Origin: Verrucomicrobiales bacterium
GTDB taxonomy: Bacteria > Verrucomicrobiota > Verrucomicrobiia > Verrucomicrobiales > V1-33
NCBI GenBank assembly: GCA_031411295.1
Contig: JANOAV010000090.1
Coordinates: 1-18,625, forward strand
DNA: 18,625 bases
Reading direction: 5' to 3'
In this document: positions 1-8,389 of the stretch, one piece after another
Layout: each line of letters starts with the position of its first letter
How positions within the stretch are numbered: the first letter of the stretch is position 1
The notes under the pieces: generated by a model
The model's input: only the letters and a program-made list of their open reading frames with translations
Told to the model about the DNA's origin: nothing
Databases searched by the model: none
Made by a program: the position numbers and the translations under genes

Positions 1-237
1 TTGGAAAAGAATGCGGGAAGCGGCAGGGAGTTATGGGGCATCCGCCCAATCCATCAGAAGCTGGCAGGGCGCCATGGGAAATTACAGAATTCCAGATATT
101 TTTGAATCCTTAAAGGCATTGGCTTAAAAGCGGGACTCCAACTCTTGTTCCAGTTTGGCGTGAACCCAGCACCTTGCATGGTTTCCACCACTAGTCTTGG
201 TCCTTGCTTCCCCCGAGGTCATGGCGCAGGAAATGAC

Positions 238-1554
238 GTGGATTCATCACTCGCAGCAGAACTCATCGCACTCGACAAAAAACACCTCTGGCATCCGTTC
301 ACTCCGATGCAGGATTGGTGCGCACCCGATCATGAACCGCTGCTCATCACGCGGGGCGAAGGCGTGTGGTTAGAGGATCAGCAGGGGAAACGTTACATCG
401 ATGGAAACTCCTCCATCTGGACCAACATTCATGGCCATGGGCATCCCACCATCAATGCCGCCATCCAGGAACAGCTTGGGAAATTGGAGCACAATTCATT
501 TCTCGGCTTCACCAGCGAACCCGCGATCCGCTTGGCCGCGGAGTTGACGCAACTTTTCCCGCCCGACACCCTAACGCGCGTGTTCCTTTCCGACAATGGC
601 TCCACCGCCATGGAGTGCGCGTTGAAAATGGCTGTGCAGTATTGGCAACTGCAAGGGAAGCCGGAGAAATGCGAGTTCCTGGCGTTCGACAACGCTTACC
701 ATGGCGATACGTTAGGCGCGGCTGCGCTCGGCGGGATTCATACCTTCCATGGTCGCTTCCAGCATTTGGGTTTCCGCGTCCATCATATTCGTGATGCCGA
801 TTCCCTCAGCGCCATTCCGGACGACATGGTGGAGCGCCTAGCGGGGGTAGCCATCGAGCCACTGATTCAAGGTGCTGCCGGCATGAAAGTATGGCCCACG
901 GGCACTTTGGAGACGCTGCGAAAATGGTGTGATTGGCAGGACGTGCTGCTCATTGCGGATGAGGTCATGACGGGATTCGGTCGCACCGGAACGATGTTCG
1001 CCTGCGAGCAGGAACAGGTCATCCCGGATTTCCTCGCGCTCTCCAAAGGGATTACCGGTGGCTATCTGCCGCTGGGTGCCACGCTGACGAACGAACGCAT
1101 CTTCAATGCCTTCCTCGGCCCGGTCGAGGAAATGAAGACCTTCTACTATGGGCATAGTTATTGTGGCAACCCGCTTGGCTGTGCCGCCGCCCTGGCCAGT
1201 CTCAAAGTCTTCCGGGAAGAACAAACGCTGGCCAAACTGCCGGAGAAAATTTCCCTGCTCGCAACCTTGCTAGCCGAACTCCAAGCCGCCCACCCCAAAC
1301 ACATCGCAGGCACCCGGCAAGTCGGCATGATCGCAGGCATCGACATCGTGCCGGACACCGCCACCGAAGAACTGTATCCATGGAACACCCAAATGGGCGT
1401 CAAAATCTGCCGGGCCGCCCGCAACCACGGTCTGCTAACCCGTCCCGTGCGCGACACGTTGGTCCTGATGCCGCCGCTCTCGATTACGGCAGCGGAACTG
1501 ACCCAAGCGGTGCACGCGCTGGGTGCTGCCATTGGTGAAGTGTGCTCCCAGTAA
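238..1554 (+). CDS. bioA: Adenosylmethionine-8-amino-7-oxononanoate aminotransferase (class III PLP aminotransferase, biotin synthesis)
   Basis: Motifs LWHPFTPM, YIDGNSSIWTNIHGHGHP, AYHGDT, EPLIQGAAGM, LIADEVMTGFGRTG, PLP-lysine SKGITGGYLPL and YYGHSYCGNP. The ORF track starts at 145 (TTG). I prefer the in-frame GTG at 238, which follows AGGA at 228-231 and lies just before the recognisable BioA sequence. Confidence 0.92.
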   Translation: MDSSLAAELIALDKKHLWHPFTPMQDWCAPDHEPLLITRGEGVWLEDQQGKRYIDGNSSIWTNIHGHGHPTINAAIQEQLGKLEHNSFLGFTSEPAIRLAAELTQLFPPDTLTRVFLSDNGSTAMECALKMAVQYWQLQGKPEKCEFLAFDNAYHGDTLGAAALGGIHTFHGRFQHLGFRVHHIRDADSLSAIPDDMVERLAGVAIEPLIQGAAGMKVWPTGTLETLRKWCDWQDVLLIADEVMTGFGRTGTMFACEQEQVIPDFLALSKGITGGYLPLGATLTNERIFNAFLGPVEEMKTFYYGHSYCGNPLGCAAALASLKVFREEQTLAKLPEKISLLATLLAELQAAHPKHIAGTRQVGMIAGIDIVPDTATEELYPWNTQMGVKICRAARNHGLLTRPVRDTLVLMPPLSITAAELTQAVHALGAAIGEVCSQ

Positions 1555-1637
1555 GCGGCTTGGCACCGCACCAACTGCCGCATTTACGTTCAACTTCCCA
1601 GCGGCACGTCAGGGTTTCCTCCCTAGGCTCCGACACC

Positions 1638-3218
1638 ATGTTTCGTCCGCTTATTCTTCTTACCACCGCCATGACCGTCAGCACTTGGGCTCAGGATGCC
1701 AAAGTGTTACCAGTCACCATTAAGACTCCGCCGGGTCAGATGAAGTATGATTTGGCCTCATTCGATGTGCCGCCGGGGACTAAGGTGAGTGTCGTGCTAG
1801 AGAATAACGACGAGATGCCGCATAATTTGGTTATCACCAAACCCAGCAATGACAAGGGGTTGGCGTTGGCGCAGAAGGCCTGGGAGCTGGGGGAGAAGGG
1901 CGTGGAGCAGGACTGGGTGCCAGCCGATGAACGCGTGTTGTTCAGTGGAAAAATGGCGCCACCCCATGGCAAGGCTACCTATGACTTCACGGCCCCAGCC
2001 GAGCCGGGAAACTACCCCTACGTCTGCACCTTTCCCGGCCATGCGATGAGCATGAACGGGGTGATGCGCGTAGCGATCGATGGTCCGAAAATTGCGGATC
2101 TAAAGTTTAAACTCTATCAGGGATCATGGCAGAAGTTGCCGGATTTCACGACGCTCACCCCGTCACACACCGGTGAGTTGGCGAACGGATTGCTCGGGTG
2201 GAAATTCGATGACTACAAGAATCAGTTCGGCATGGAGTTCGAAGGAAAACTCAAGGCTGAGAAGAAGGGGAAATATACGTTCTTCCTCGCCTCTGATGAT
2301 GGGGCCGAGATCTTGATTGATGGAAAATCTATCCTCAAGCGCGATGGAATTCATCCCTCCGGAGAGCCGGAAACACGCGAGGTGAAATTGGATCCCGGTG
2401 ATCATACGATTGGCGTGCGTTATTTCCAACAGGCAGGCGAAGCGGAACTGTATGTGGCTTGGGCTGGCCCCGGCTTCAGTGAGACCCCGCTTTCCTCCTG
2501 GGTGCCGGACTCCCGCAAAGATCCGGCCAATCGGGCCAAGGCGGGAGATAAGAATGGAGGCATCGTCCTGGCTCCAGAGCCGGATCGCGCGATCATTTAC
2601 CGAAATTTCCTGGAAGGCAGCAGCCCACGGGGGATTGCGGTGGGTTTCCCCTCGCATCTGAACCTCTGTTTCGATGCGGATCAAATGAGTGTTAGCATGC
2701 TTTGGCGTGGGGCCTTCATTGATGCCAAACGTCACTGGACCGACCGCGGGGGTGGCAATCAACCACCGTTAGGCTATGCCGTATTGAAGCCAGCGGGCCA
2801 GGAACAAGGCTTGGCCGTGCTGGCAGATCCCAATACCACGCCCTGGCCCAAGCACGAGCAACGCGCAGCAGGATTGCAATTCAAAGGCTACCACTTGGAT
2901 GCCAAGGGCTTCCCCACGTTTGCCTACACCATGGGCGGCCTGACGGTGCAGGAAAGTTACGAAACCACCGGCACGGATGCCGACCTGAATGCCAAAATTG
3001 TCCGCATCATCCGGCTCAGCGGTTCCGCCGCTCCTAACACCTATCTGCGCGCCGCCTCGGGTGACCTCAACGCCGAAGGAACGGACTTCGTGGTCGGCAA
3101 AGCATTCAAAATCAGCGCTCAGGGAGCCCAACTGCAAGCTCGCCAAAAGGAACTCGTCCTCCCGCTGAACCCAGCCACCAGTAAGGAAATCCGCCTGACT
3201 TATCAGTGGGTTCAGTAA
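1638..3218 (+). CDS. Exported multidomain protein: azurin/auracyanin-like type 1 copper domain + PA14 domain + uncharacterised C-terminal domain
   Basis: Signal peptide MFRPLILLTTAMTVSTWA-QD from the ATG at 1638 (in frame with ORF 1542). Copper-ligand pattern: MPHNLV (His codon 1821) and YVCTFPGHAMSM (C-x4-H-x3-M, azurin spacing). PA14 hallmarks: FEGKLKAEKKGKYTFFLASDDGAEILIDG, DGIH and HTIGVRYFQ. Confidence 0.8.
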   Translation: MFRPLILLTTAMTVSTWAQDAKVLPVTIKTPPGQMKYDLASFDVPPGTKVSVVLENNDEMPHNLVITKPSNDKGLALAQKAWELGEKGVEQDWVPADERVLFSGKMAPPHGKATYDFTAPAEPGNYPYVCTFPGHAMSMNGVMRVAIDGPKIADLKFKLYQGSWQKLPDFTTLTPSHTGELANGLLGWKFDDYKNQFGMEFEGKLKAEKKGKYTFFLASDDGAEILIDGKSILKRDGIHPSGEPETREVKLDPGDHTIGVRYFQQAGEAELYVAWAGPGFSETPLSSWVPDSRKDPANRAKAGDKNGGIVLAPEPDRAIIYRNFLEGSSPRGIAVGFPSHLNLCFDADQMSVSMLWRGAFIDAKRHWTDRGGGNQPPLGYAVLKPAGQEQGLAVLADPNTTPWPKHEQRAAGLQFKGYHLDAKGFPTFAYTMGGLTVQESYETTGTDADLNAKIVRIIRLSGSAAPNTYLRAASGDLNAEGTDFVVGKAFKISAQGAQLQARQKELVLPLNPATSKEIRLTYQWVQ

Positions 3219-3233
3219 TCCTGCGGTAGGTTC

Positions 3234-4811
3234 TTACGGCTTCTTCCAAAGATACAACCAGCGCTCGGAGACGGCTTTCCCGTTGGCATCCTGCAGTTCA
3301 CACGTTAGGTCCAGATCCTCGGCATCCTTGGGTGGTTCGATGACGAAGAAGGCGCGGAGCACTTGGGGCATGTGAATGTCCTTACTGCGGCCGAGTTCCA
3401 GGGGCAGATCGTCCACCCAGGCCATGCTCAGATCGCTCAGGCCGGCGTGGACTAGCTTCACGTTAGGATTATTGAACGTGACCTTCGGTTTCCAGCCCTT
3501 GATATCGTCCCATTTGCGTTCGGCGGTTTTGGGTTCGGGGGTGAGTGGGTTGGCAAACTCTATGCTGAAGAGCAATTTATCGGCTTGCTGCACGGGATGG
3601 CCGAAGCCGGTGGAACGCACTTGGAACAATCCACTGGGGGCTGGATCGCGCAGCCACCGCAGCCGATACCGGAAGGCATACGGTTTCCCGACTTGAGGGC
3701 CGGGAGTGGGTTCCCAAACGAGCACCACATTGTCATTCGTTTCGTCGGTGGTGGGCATCTCAATGAGATGGAGCTTTCCTTTCTCAAAGCCGCTCACAGG
3801 CTCCACCCGGACGCTGGGGCGGTTATGGTAGAGCGCCTCCGTATCTTGATAGGAATGAAAGGCCCGATCCCGTTGCAGCAGCGCCCAACTCTTGGGATTC
3901 TCCAAGGCGAACACGCAATGCCGCCACTTTCCTTCCGTGTGATCGAGGGGTCGGAAATGGCGTTCGCCATTAACTAACTCCAGCGCCAGACCGTCACTAT
4001 CATGAATTTCTGGGCGGAAATCGTAGGGGTGCGGGCGGGTGAGTTCGCCAAACCAAAACATGCTCGAGAAGGGGGCGAGACCGAGTTGCTGCACGGGTTG
4101 GCGGAGCGTGATTTCCGCCTCTACATCCATCACGGTTTCCGGACCGGGGGTGACGGTAAATTTCCAAGCTCCCGCCACGCTGGGGCCGTCCAGCAAGGCA
4201 TAGGTGGTGAGGGACTTATCCTCGGCCGTGGGGCGCACGAGCCAGAATTGTTGGAAGTCAGGAAATTCTTCTGGCACGCCAGGGAGCCCGCTATTCAACG
4301 ACAGGGCTCGGGCGGAAAGGCCGTAGGGCGCTCCCTTGGGAATCGCGCGGAAGTAGCTGGCTCCCAGATAAACCAAGAATTCGTCCATGTAGTCGGGCGA
4401 ATTCAAATGATACCGCGCCCGCCAGCCCGCATATCCCGGAGGCGGCGGGGTGCCGGCAGGGACCACGGTCTTACCGTAATCGAATCGGCTCTGATCGAAG
4501 GTGACTGGCTTGGCTTGACCGTCCGCGATCTCTGCCAGGGTGACGGTTTTCTTGGCGGTCCAGCCGGGGTGAAATAGATCGATGGAAAACGGCAGCTTCT
4601 CCTTGGCCCACAAGCCTTCTTCCATTTTGAAGCGGATGTCCCGATGCTGATCGTAAGTGAGATTTTTCCAGAAATCGGCCAGCGAATTCTCCGGCTCATG
4701 ATAGGGCTTGGCCGCGCGTTCCGAGGCCAGGGCACGGACTTGGTCGAAGGTAAAGGGAGCAGCGGTGGCCAGGACCGGCAAGGCTAGGAGAATGGGGAGC
4801 GTGGGCTTCAT
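3234..4811 (-). CDS. opgG: Periplasmic glucan biosynthesis protein, OpgG/OpgD (MdoG) family
   Basis: Motifs LTYDQHRDIRF, YLGASYFRA, YGLSARAL, EEFPDF, ALLDGPSVAGAW, LAPFSSMFWFG, FRPEIHDSDGL, DETNDNVV and C-terminal SERWLYLW. Sec-type signal peptide. OpgG versus OpgD subtype is not resolved. Confidence 0.88.
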   Translation of the reverse strand: MKPTLPILLALPVLATAAPFTFDQVRALASERAAKPYHEPENSLADFWKNLTYDQHRDIRFKMEEGLWAKEKLPFSIDLFHPGWTAKKTVTLAEIADGQAKPVTFDQSRFDYGKTVVPAGTPPPPGYAGWRARYHLNSPDYMDEFLVYLGASYFRAIPKGAPYGLSARALSLNSGLPGVPEEFPDFQQFWLVRPTAEDKSLTTYALLDGPSVAGAWKFTVTPGPETVMDVEAEITLRQPVQQLGLAPFSSMFWFGELTRPHPYDFRPEIHDSDGLALELVNGERHFRPLDHTEGKWRHCVFALENPKSWALLQRDRAFHSYQDTEALYHNRPSVRVEPVSGFEKGKLHLIEMPTTDETNDNVVLVWEPTPGPQVGKPYAFRYRLRWLRDPAPSGLFQVRSTGFGHPVQQADKLLFSIEFANPLTPEPKTAERKWDDIKGWKPKVTFNNPNVKLVHAGLSDLSMAWVDDLPLELGRSKDIHMPQVLRAFFVIEPPKDAEDLDLTCELQDANGKAVSERWLYLWKKP

Positions 4812-4888
4812 GAGTTGACTGATAGCAGCAGGTCTTCATTTCTGCAAATGGCTCTGAGCGCTGACCGCATGACGCTAGCGAAATCATT

Positions 4889-4916
4889 TTGACGCCTCGA
4901 TAATTCAGGTCATGGT
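4889..4916 (+). promoter_or_regulatory. Candidate sigma70 promoter for the amidase gene (TTGACG-N16-CATGGT)
   Basis: Good -35 TTGACG at 4889-4894 and a weak -10 CATGGT at 4911-4916, 12 nt before the ATG at 4929. Pattern match only. Confidence 0.25.
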
Positions 4917-4928
4917 GGGGACACTGCT

Positions 4929-5663
4929 ATGAAAAAAATCTTTGCCCTCCTATTCCCTCTGCTCCTGGTGATGCCGACCGCCTGTAATTCCGTTGGTAAC
5001 CAGGGCTTGGGAGGTGGCTCCACGCGGGATGTGATGGGTCATCGACCGGGGCCGCAGAATTTTCGGACGGTGGTGATTGATGCCGGGCACGGCGGAAAAG
5101 ATTCCGGTGCCGTGAGCCCGATCACCCGGGCCAAGGAAAAGGATCTGGCGTTGGACACCGCAGCCCGGCTGCGAGACCAGTTGCAGGGGCAATTTAATGT
5201 CGTCATGATGCGGTCCGGGGACAGTTTCGTGGACTTGGATGATCGGGTTGCCCGGGCCAGCCGATACGGGGACGGCATTTTGGTGAGCATTCATTATAAC
5301 CAAGGGCCCGCTTCCGTGGCGGGTCCGGAAACCTATTATTGGCGTGTTGATAGTCACGGCTTGGGGACCCGCGCCCAGTCCGCGTTGCAGGCCGTTTCGC
5401 CCAGCCATAATTCACGTGGCTTGGTGCGGCGGAGGATCCGGTTGACGAGAAATCCAGAGATTCCATCAATTTTAGTGGAGTGCGGCTATCTTTCCAATCC
5501 CGCCGAAGCCCGTCGCTGTGTTGATCCGCAATATCGCCAGCGCCTGGCCGAGGCCCTGGCGGGAGCCATCAGAACCCAAGCTGCCCAGGGAGATGCGGGC
5601 ACTGGTCTGCTGCCCCGACCAATCAATTCACCCTTGAGCCGGCCAACTGATGCCCCGGAGTGA
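4929..5663 (+). CDS. N-acetylmuramoyl-L-alanine amidase (Amidase_3), probable lipoprotein
   Basis: Zn and catalytic motifs VVIDAGHGGKDSG, EKDLAL, SIHYN and ILVECGYLSNPAE. The N-terminus MKKIFALLFPLLLVMPTAC ends in a lipobox-like Cys19. No obvious AMIN or LysM domain. Confidence 0.9.
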   Translation: MKKIFALLFPLLLVMPTACNSVGNQGLGGGSTRDVMGHRPGPQNFRTVVIDAGHGGKDSGAVSPITRAKEKDLALDTAARLRDQLQGQFNVVMMRSGDSFVDLDDRVARASRYGDGILVSIHYNQGPASVAGPETYYWRVDSHGLGTRAQSALQAVSPSHNSRGLVRRRIRLTRNPEIPSILVECGYLSNPAEARRCVDPQYRQRLAEALAGAIRTQAAQGDAGTGLLPRPINSPLSRPTDAPE

Positions 5664-5779
5664 TCCGCGGGCGGGAAAACTCGCTGGCATACCTCCAGTC
5701 GCTGAGGCGTATTGGCTTCACCCAAAAATGTCGCGAAATCAGAAAACCGTCAGTCGTAACTTGGCGAGGTTGTGTTCCT

Positions 5780-5827
5780 GTGAATAATTACACCATTACT
5801 GGATTAATTCACGATACCGTCTATACT
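5780..5827 (+). promoter_or_regulatory. AT-rich inverted repeat (GTGAAT-N21-ATTCAC) upstream of a TATACT -10 element; candidate operator/promoter for 5848-7199
   Basis: GTGAAT at 5780-5785 and ATTCAC at 5807-5812, extendable imperfectly (GTGAATAAT / ATTAATTCAC). TATACT at 5822-5827, 20 nt before the ATG at 5848. Confidence 0.35.
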
Positions 5828-5847
5828 GACCGCCCACCTTCCCATCC

Positions 5848-6690
5848 ATGAGCACCGCTATCCATCGTGTCCACTTTATTTGTCGTCTGGCGCTTGCAGT
5901 TTCCTGCTCGTGTTCAGCCTTGTCCTCCGCCCAGGACACCCCTTCTGCTGCCAAGGAGGGCTCCGGAGAGTTGGATCTCTCGAAGTTTCCAGGTCAGGTC
6001 ATGGAGGATGTCATCGTGCCCGTCCCCAGTGAAATCTTTAGTGTCCTGGAGAAATTGGGGGATCCAGACTGGAAAAAGGAAATCAGCACCGAGGCGAAAG
6101 CCAAGTTTAGCGAGCGCACGGATGTGGCGCTGTTGTTGGGCACGGTCGTGGCGGATGGATTTCTGGCGGTCCAGGCCCAGGATTCGAAGACCGTGGAAGC
6201 GGTAGGGCGGGAAGTGCTCGATTTATCAAAGGCTCTGGGAGTCAAGGATGCCGTGCTGCCCCATTGCAACGCCATTCAAGATGCCGCCAAAGCCAATGAC
6301 TGGGAAACCGTGCGCAAGGAACTGGACGCGACCCAGCGCACCGTCCGCCAGACGATGGAGAAAATGAAGGACAATGCGCTGGCTGAGTGCGTTAGTGTGG
6401 GCGGTTGGTTGCGGGGGACCCAAGTTGTCACCAGCGTGATCAATGCGGGCTATACGGCCGAAAAGGCCGAGTTGCTAAACCAGCCTGAGCTGACAGATTA
6501 TTTCCGCGACAGCATGGAGGAAGCCATCACCCATCTTGCCCAGCCCGAGAAATTGAAGCTCATCTCCAGCGGCTTGGCGCAGATTCATGACCTGATGGTT
6601 AAAGGGAACGGCACAATGAATCAGGAAGCCGTTGCCACCATCAACCGAATTACCAGTGCCTTGGTCTTGCGCATGACTACCAAAAGCTAA
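5848..6690 (+). CDS. Exported hypothetical protein, predicted mostly alpha-helical
   Basis: 280-aa ORF with a signal-peptide-like N-terminus (…ALSSA-QD, Cys-rich). Amphipathic helical pattern. Conserved-looking blocks VPVPSEIF, ALLLGTVVADGFLA and VSVGGWLRG. Start context CCCATCC-ATG resembles other genes in the window. Confidence 0.8.
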   Translation: MSTAIHRVHFICRLALAVSCSCSALSSAQDTPSAAKEGSGELDLSKFPGQVMEDVIVPVPSEIFSVLEKLGDPDWKKEISTEAKAKFSERTDVALLLGTVVADGFLAVQAQDSKTVEAVGREVLDLSKALGVKDAVLPHCNAIQDAAKANDWETVRKELDATQRTVRQTMEKMKDNALAECVSVGGWLRGTQVVTSVINAGYTAEKAELLNQPELTDYFRDSMEEAITHLAQPEKLKLISSGLAQIHDLMVKGNGTMNQEAVATINRITSALVLRMTTKS

Positions 6691-6704
6691 CTTCCACTTT
6701 GAAC

Positions 6705-7199
6705 ATGAATCTTTCTTTGCTCTCCTGCTCCAATCACCGCCGGTTTTTCACTGGCTTGCTGGCGTTGTTCCTTGGCTTCGCCCCCATGGTCCACGCCGTG
6801 GTGGATGATGCTCATACCGAAGCGATGGACTTGGCTGGTCCGGCCTACAAGAAGGGTTTCAAAATCCGGGAGGATTACTGGAAGGGCACGGCCAAGCCCG
6901 GAGAGCAGAAGTCGGTCAAAGCGCAACTTTTCAAGGGAAACGAATATTGGTTCTGGTTAGGTAGCGATGAGGACAATGTGGACATCACGCTGGATCTCTT
7001 TGATGGTTCCGGGCAGAAAATTACTCTGGAAACCATTTCCGGTATTGCTGCGAAGGGTGTCCGCGTCGTCCCACCGAAGACCGGGACCTATGTGGCGGTC
7101 TTCACGATCTCGCTGAAGGAGACCCCACCAGCGAAAGGGAAACCCGAGGTTGAGAAACCGGCAAAAATTTGCTGGGCGCTGGCTTACGGTTGGCGTTAG
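6705..7199 (+). CDS. Exported hypothetical protein, small beta-sandwich (PPC/Ig-like) fold suspected
   Basis: ATG at 6705 (ORF track starts at TTG 6699), 14 nt after the upstream stop. Signal peptide RRFFTGLLALFLGFAPMVHA. Alternating beta-strand pattern: VKAQLFKGNEYWFWLG, DITLDLFDGSG, VVPPKTGTYVAVFTI. Confidence 0.75.
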   Translation: MNLSLLSCSNHRRFFTGLLALFLGFAPMVHAVVDDAHTEAMDLAGPAYKKGFKIREDYWKGTAKPGEQKSVKAQLFKGNEYWFWLGSDEDNVDITLDLFDGSGQKITLETISGIAAKGVRVVPPKTGTYVAVFTISLKETPPAKGKPEVEKPAKICWALAYGWR

Positions 7200-7224
7200 G
7201 AGACCGGGGATAAGGGTGATCTCG

Positions 7225-7311
7225 CAAGTCGCTTTACTTGTAATTAGGCGTGCTGAGCCCGCCCTTCGCCTAAAGGCTATACACCAACCGTGGAGCAGCC
7301 CGTCTGGCTGC
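7225..7311. terminator. Three short hairpins in the gap between convergent genes; possible bidirectional terminator region
   Basis: CAAGT(7225-7229)/ACTTG(7236-7240); TTAGGCG(7244-7250)/CGCCTAA(7267-7273); GCAGCC(7295-7300)/GGCTGC(7306-7311). No strong U-tract follows any of them. Confidence 0.3.
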
Positions 7312-7312
7312 C

Positions 7313-8389
7313 TTACAGCTTGGAAATGGTATCATCCAACGCCGCAATCACCTCCGAAATGGTGGCTACGGTTTCGTCGCCCATGTTGGAAACGCGGAAC
7401 GTCTTGCCTTTGATCTTGCCATAGCCGCCGTCGATGGCGATGCGGTGGTTCTTCTTCAGCAGACTCACGAAATCCGCCACTTCAAAGCCCGCTTTGTTGG
7501 CCACGCACGTCAGCGTCTTGGAGCGGAAACCTTCGGGAGCGAAGAAGTCGAAGCCGTGTTTCCGCACCCAGGCGTGCATCATGTCATTGAGTTGAGCGTG
7601 GCGCGCATAACGAGCGTCCAGACCTTCGGCCAAAATTTCCTTCACCTTGTGCTGCAGTGCATAGAGATGCGGAATGGCCGGGGTGCTGGGGGTCATGAAG
7701 TTCTCGGCGTTCTTCTTGAACTCAATGAAATCAAAATAGTAACCCCGATCCTTCATGGTGGCCGCGCGCTCGAAAGCAGCCTCCGAACAAGCGAAGAGCG
7801 CCAAGCCGGGTGGCAGTGCAAAGGCCTTTTGCACACCGGCCAGCATCACATCCAGACCCAGTTCATCGAAGGGAATCGGCACGGCGGACAGGCTGGAAAC
7901 GGTGTCGGTAATCAACATTACGCCGGGATATTTCTTCACCACCGCTGCGATTTCCTTCAGCGGATTCATCACGCCGGTGGAAGTTTCGTTGTGGACTAAC
8001 GTGATGGCATCGAATTCACCTGTGGCCAGGCGTTCGTCCACCATTTCCGGCGTGATCGCCTTGCCCCAGTCAACCTTCAGGGCTTCGGCTTGTTTGCCGC
8101 AGGCCAGGGAAACGTCATACCATTTGTCAGAAAACGCCCCACAGCAGCAGTTCAGCACTTTCTTGTGGACCAGATTGCGAATGGAGCCTTCCATCACACC
8201 CCAAGCGGAGGAGGTGGAAAGAAACACTGGTTGCTTGGTGCCAAAGATCGTTTGCAGGCCAGGATGCATACTCTCCACCAGATTCTGGAAGTCCTTGGAA
8301 CGATGCCCAATCATGGGCTGCGTCATGGCTTGCATGGTGGCAGGCGAAACTTCGATAGGACCGGGAATGTAGAGTTTGACGTGGGACAT
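7313..8389 (-). CDS. Class V PLP aminotransferase (serine-pyruvate/alanine-glyoxylate aminotransferase family)
   Basis: Motifs LYIPGP, MIGHRS, VHNETSTGV, ITDTVSS, PLP-lysine AGVQKAFALPPGL, PSTPA and FRVSNMG. Substrate cannot be determined from the sequence. Confidence 0.9.
   Translation of the reverse strand: MSHVKLYIPGPIEVSPATMQAMTQPMIGHRSKDFQNLVESMHPGLQTIFGTKQPVFLSTSSAWGVMEGSIRNLVHKKVLNCCCGAFSDKWYDVSLACGKQAEALKVDWGKAITPEMVDERLATGEFDAITLVHNETSTGVMNPLKEIAAVVKKYPGVMLITDTVSSLSAVPIPFDELGLDVMLAGVQKAFALPPGLALFACSEAAFERAATMKDRGYYFDFIEFKKNAENFMTPSTPAIPHLYALQHKVKEILAEGLDARYARHAQLNDMMHAWVRKHGFDFFAPEGFRSKTLTCVANKAGFEVADFVSLLKKNHRIAIDGGYGKIKGKTFRVSNMGDETVATISEVIAALDDTISKL

Noticed and set aside
31..75. 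14-codon minus-strand mini-ORF MAPCQLLMDWADAP*
   Set aside because: No amino-acid run or attenuator structure suggesting a leader peptide; likely chance.
145..237. N-terminal extension of BioA from the TTG at 145 (and similar extensions at 1542, 13913, 14980, 16135, 16721)
   Set aside because: These extensions do not resemble the protein families. Downstream in-frame starts give proper signal peptides or family N-termini and remove overlaps.
5660..5851. 63-aa ORF bridging the amidase stop and the next start (GTGA and ATGA overlaps)
   Set aside because: The overlaps at both ends are suggestive, but the start is a weak GTG, the peptide has no recognisable features, and the interval contains promoter/operator-like AT-rich sequence. 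Not supportable without homology or ribosome profiling.
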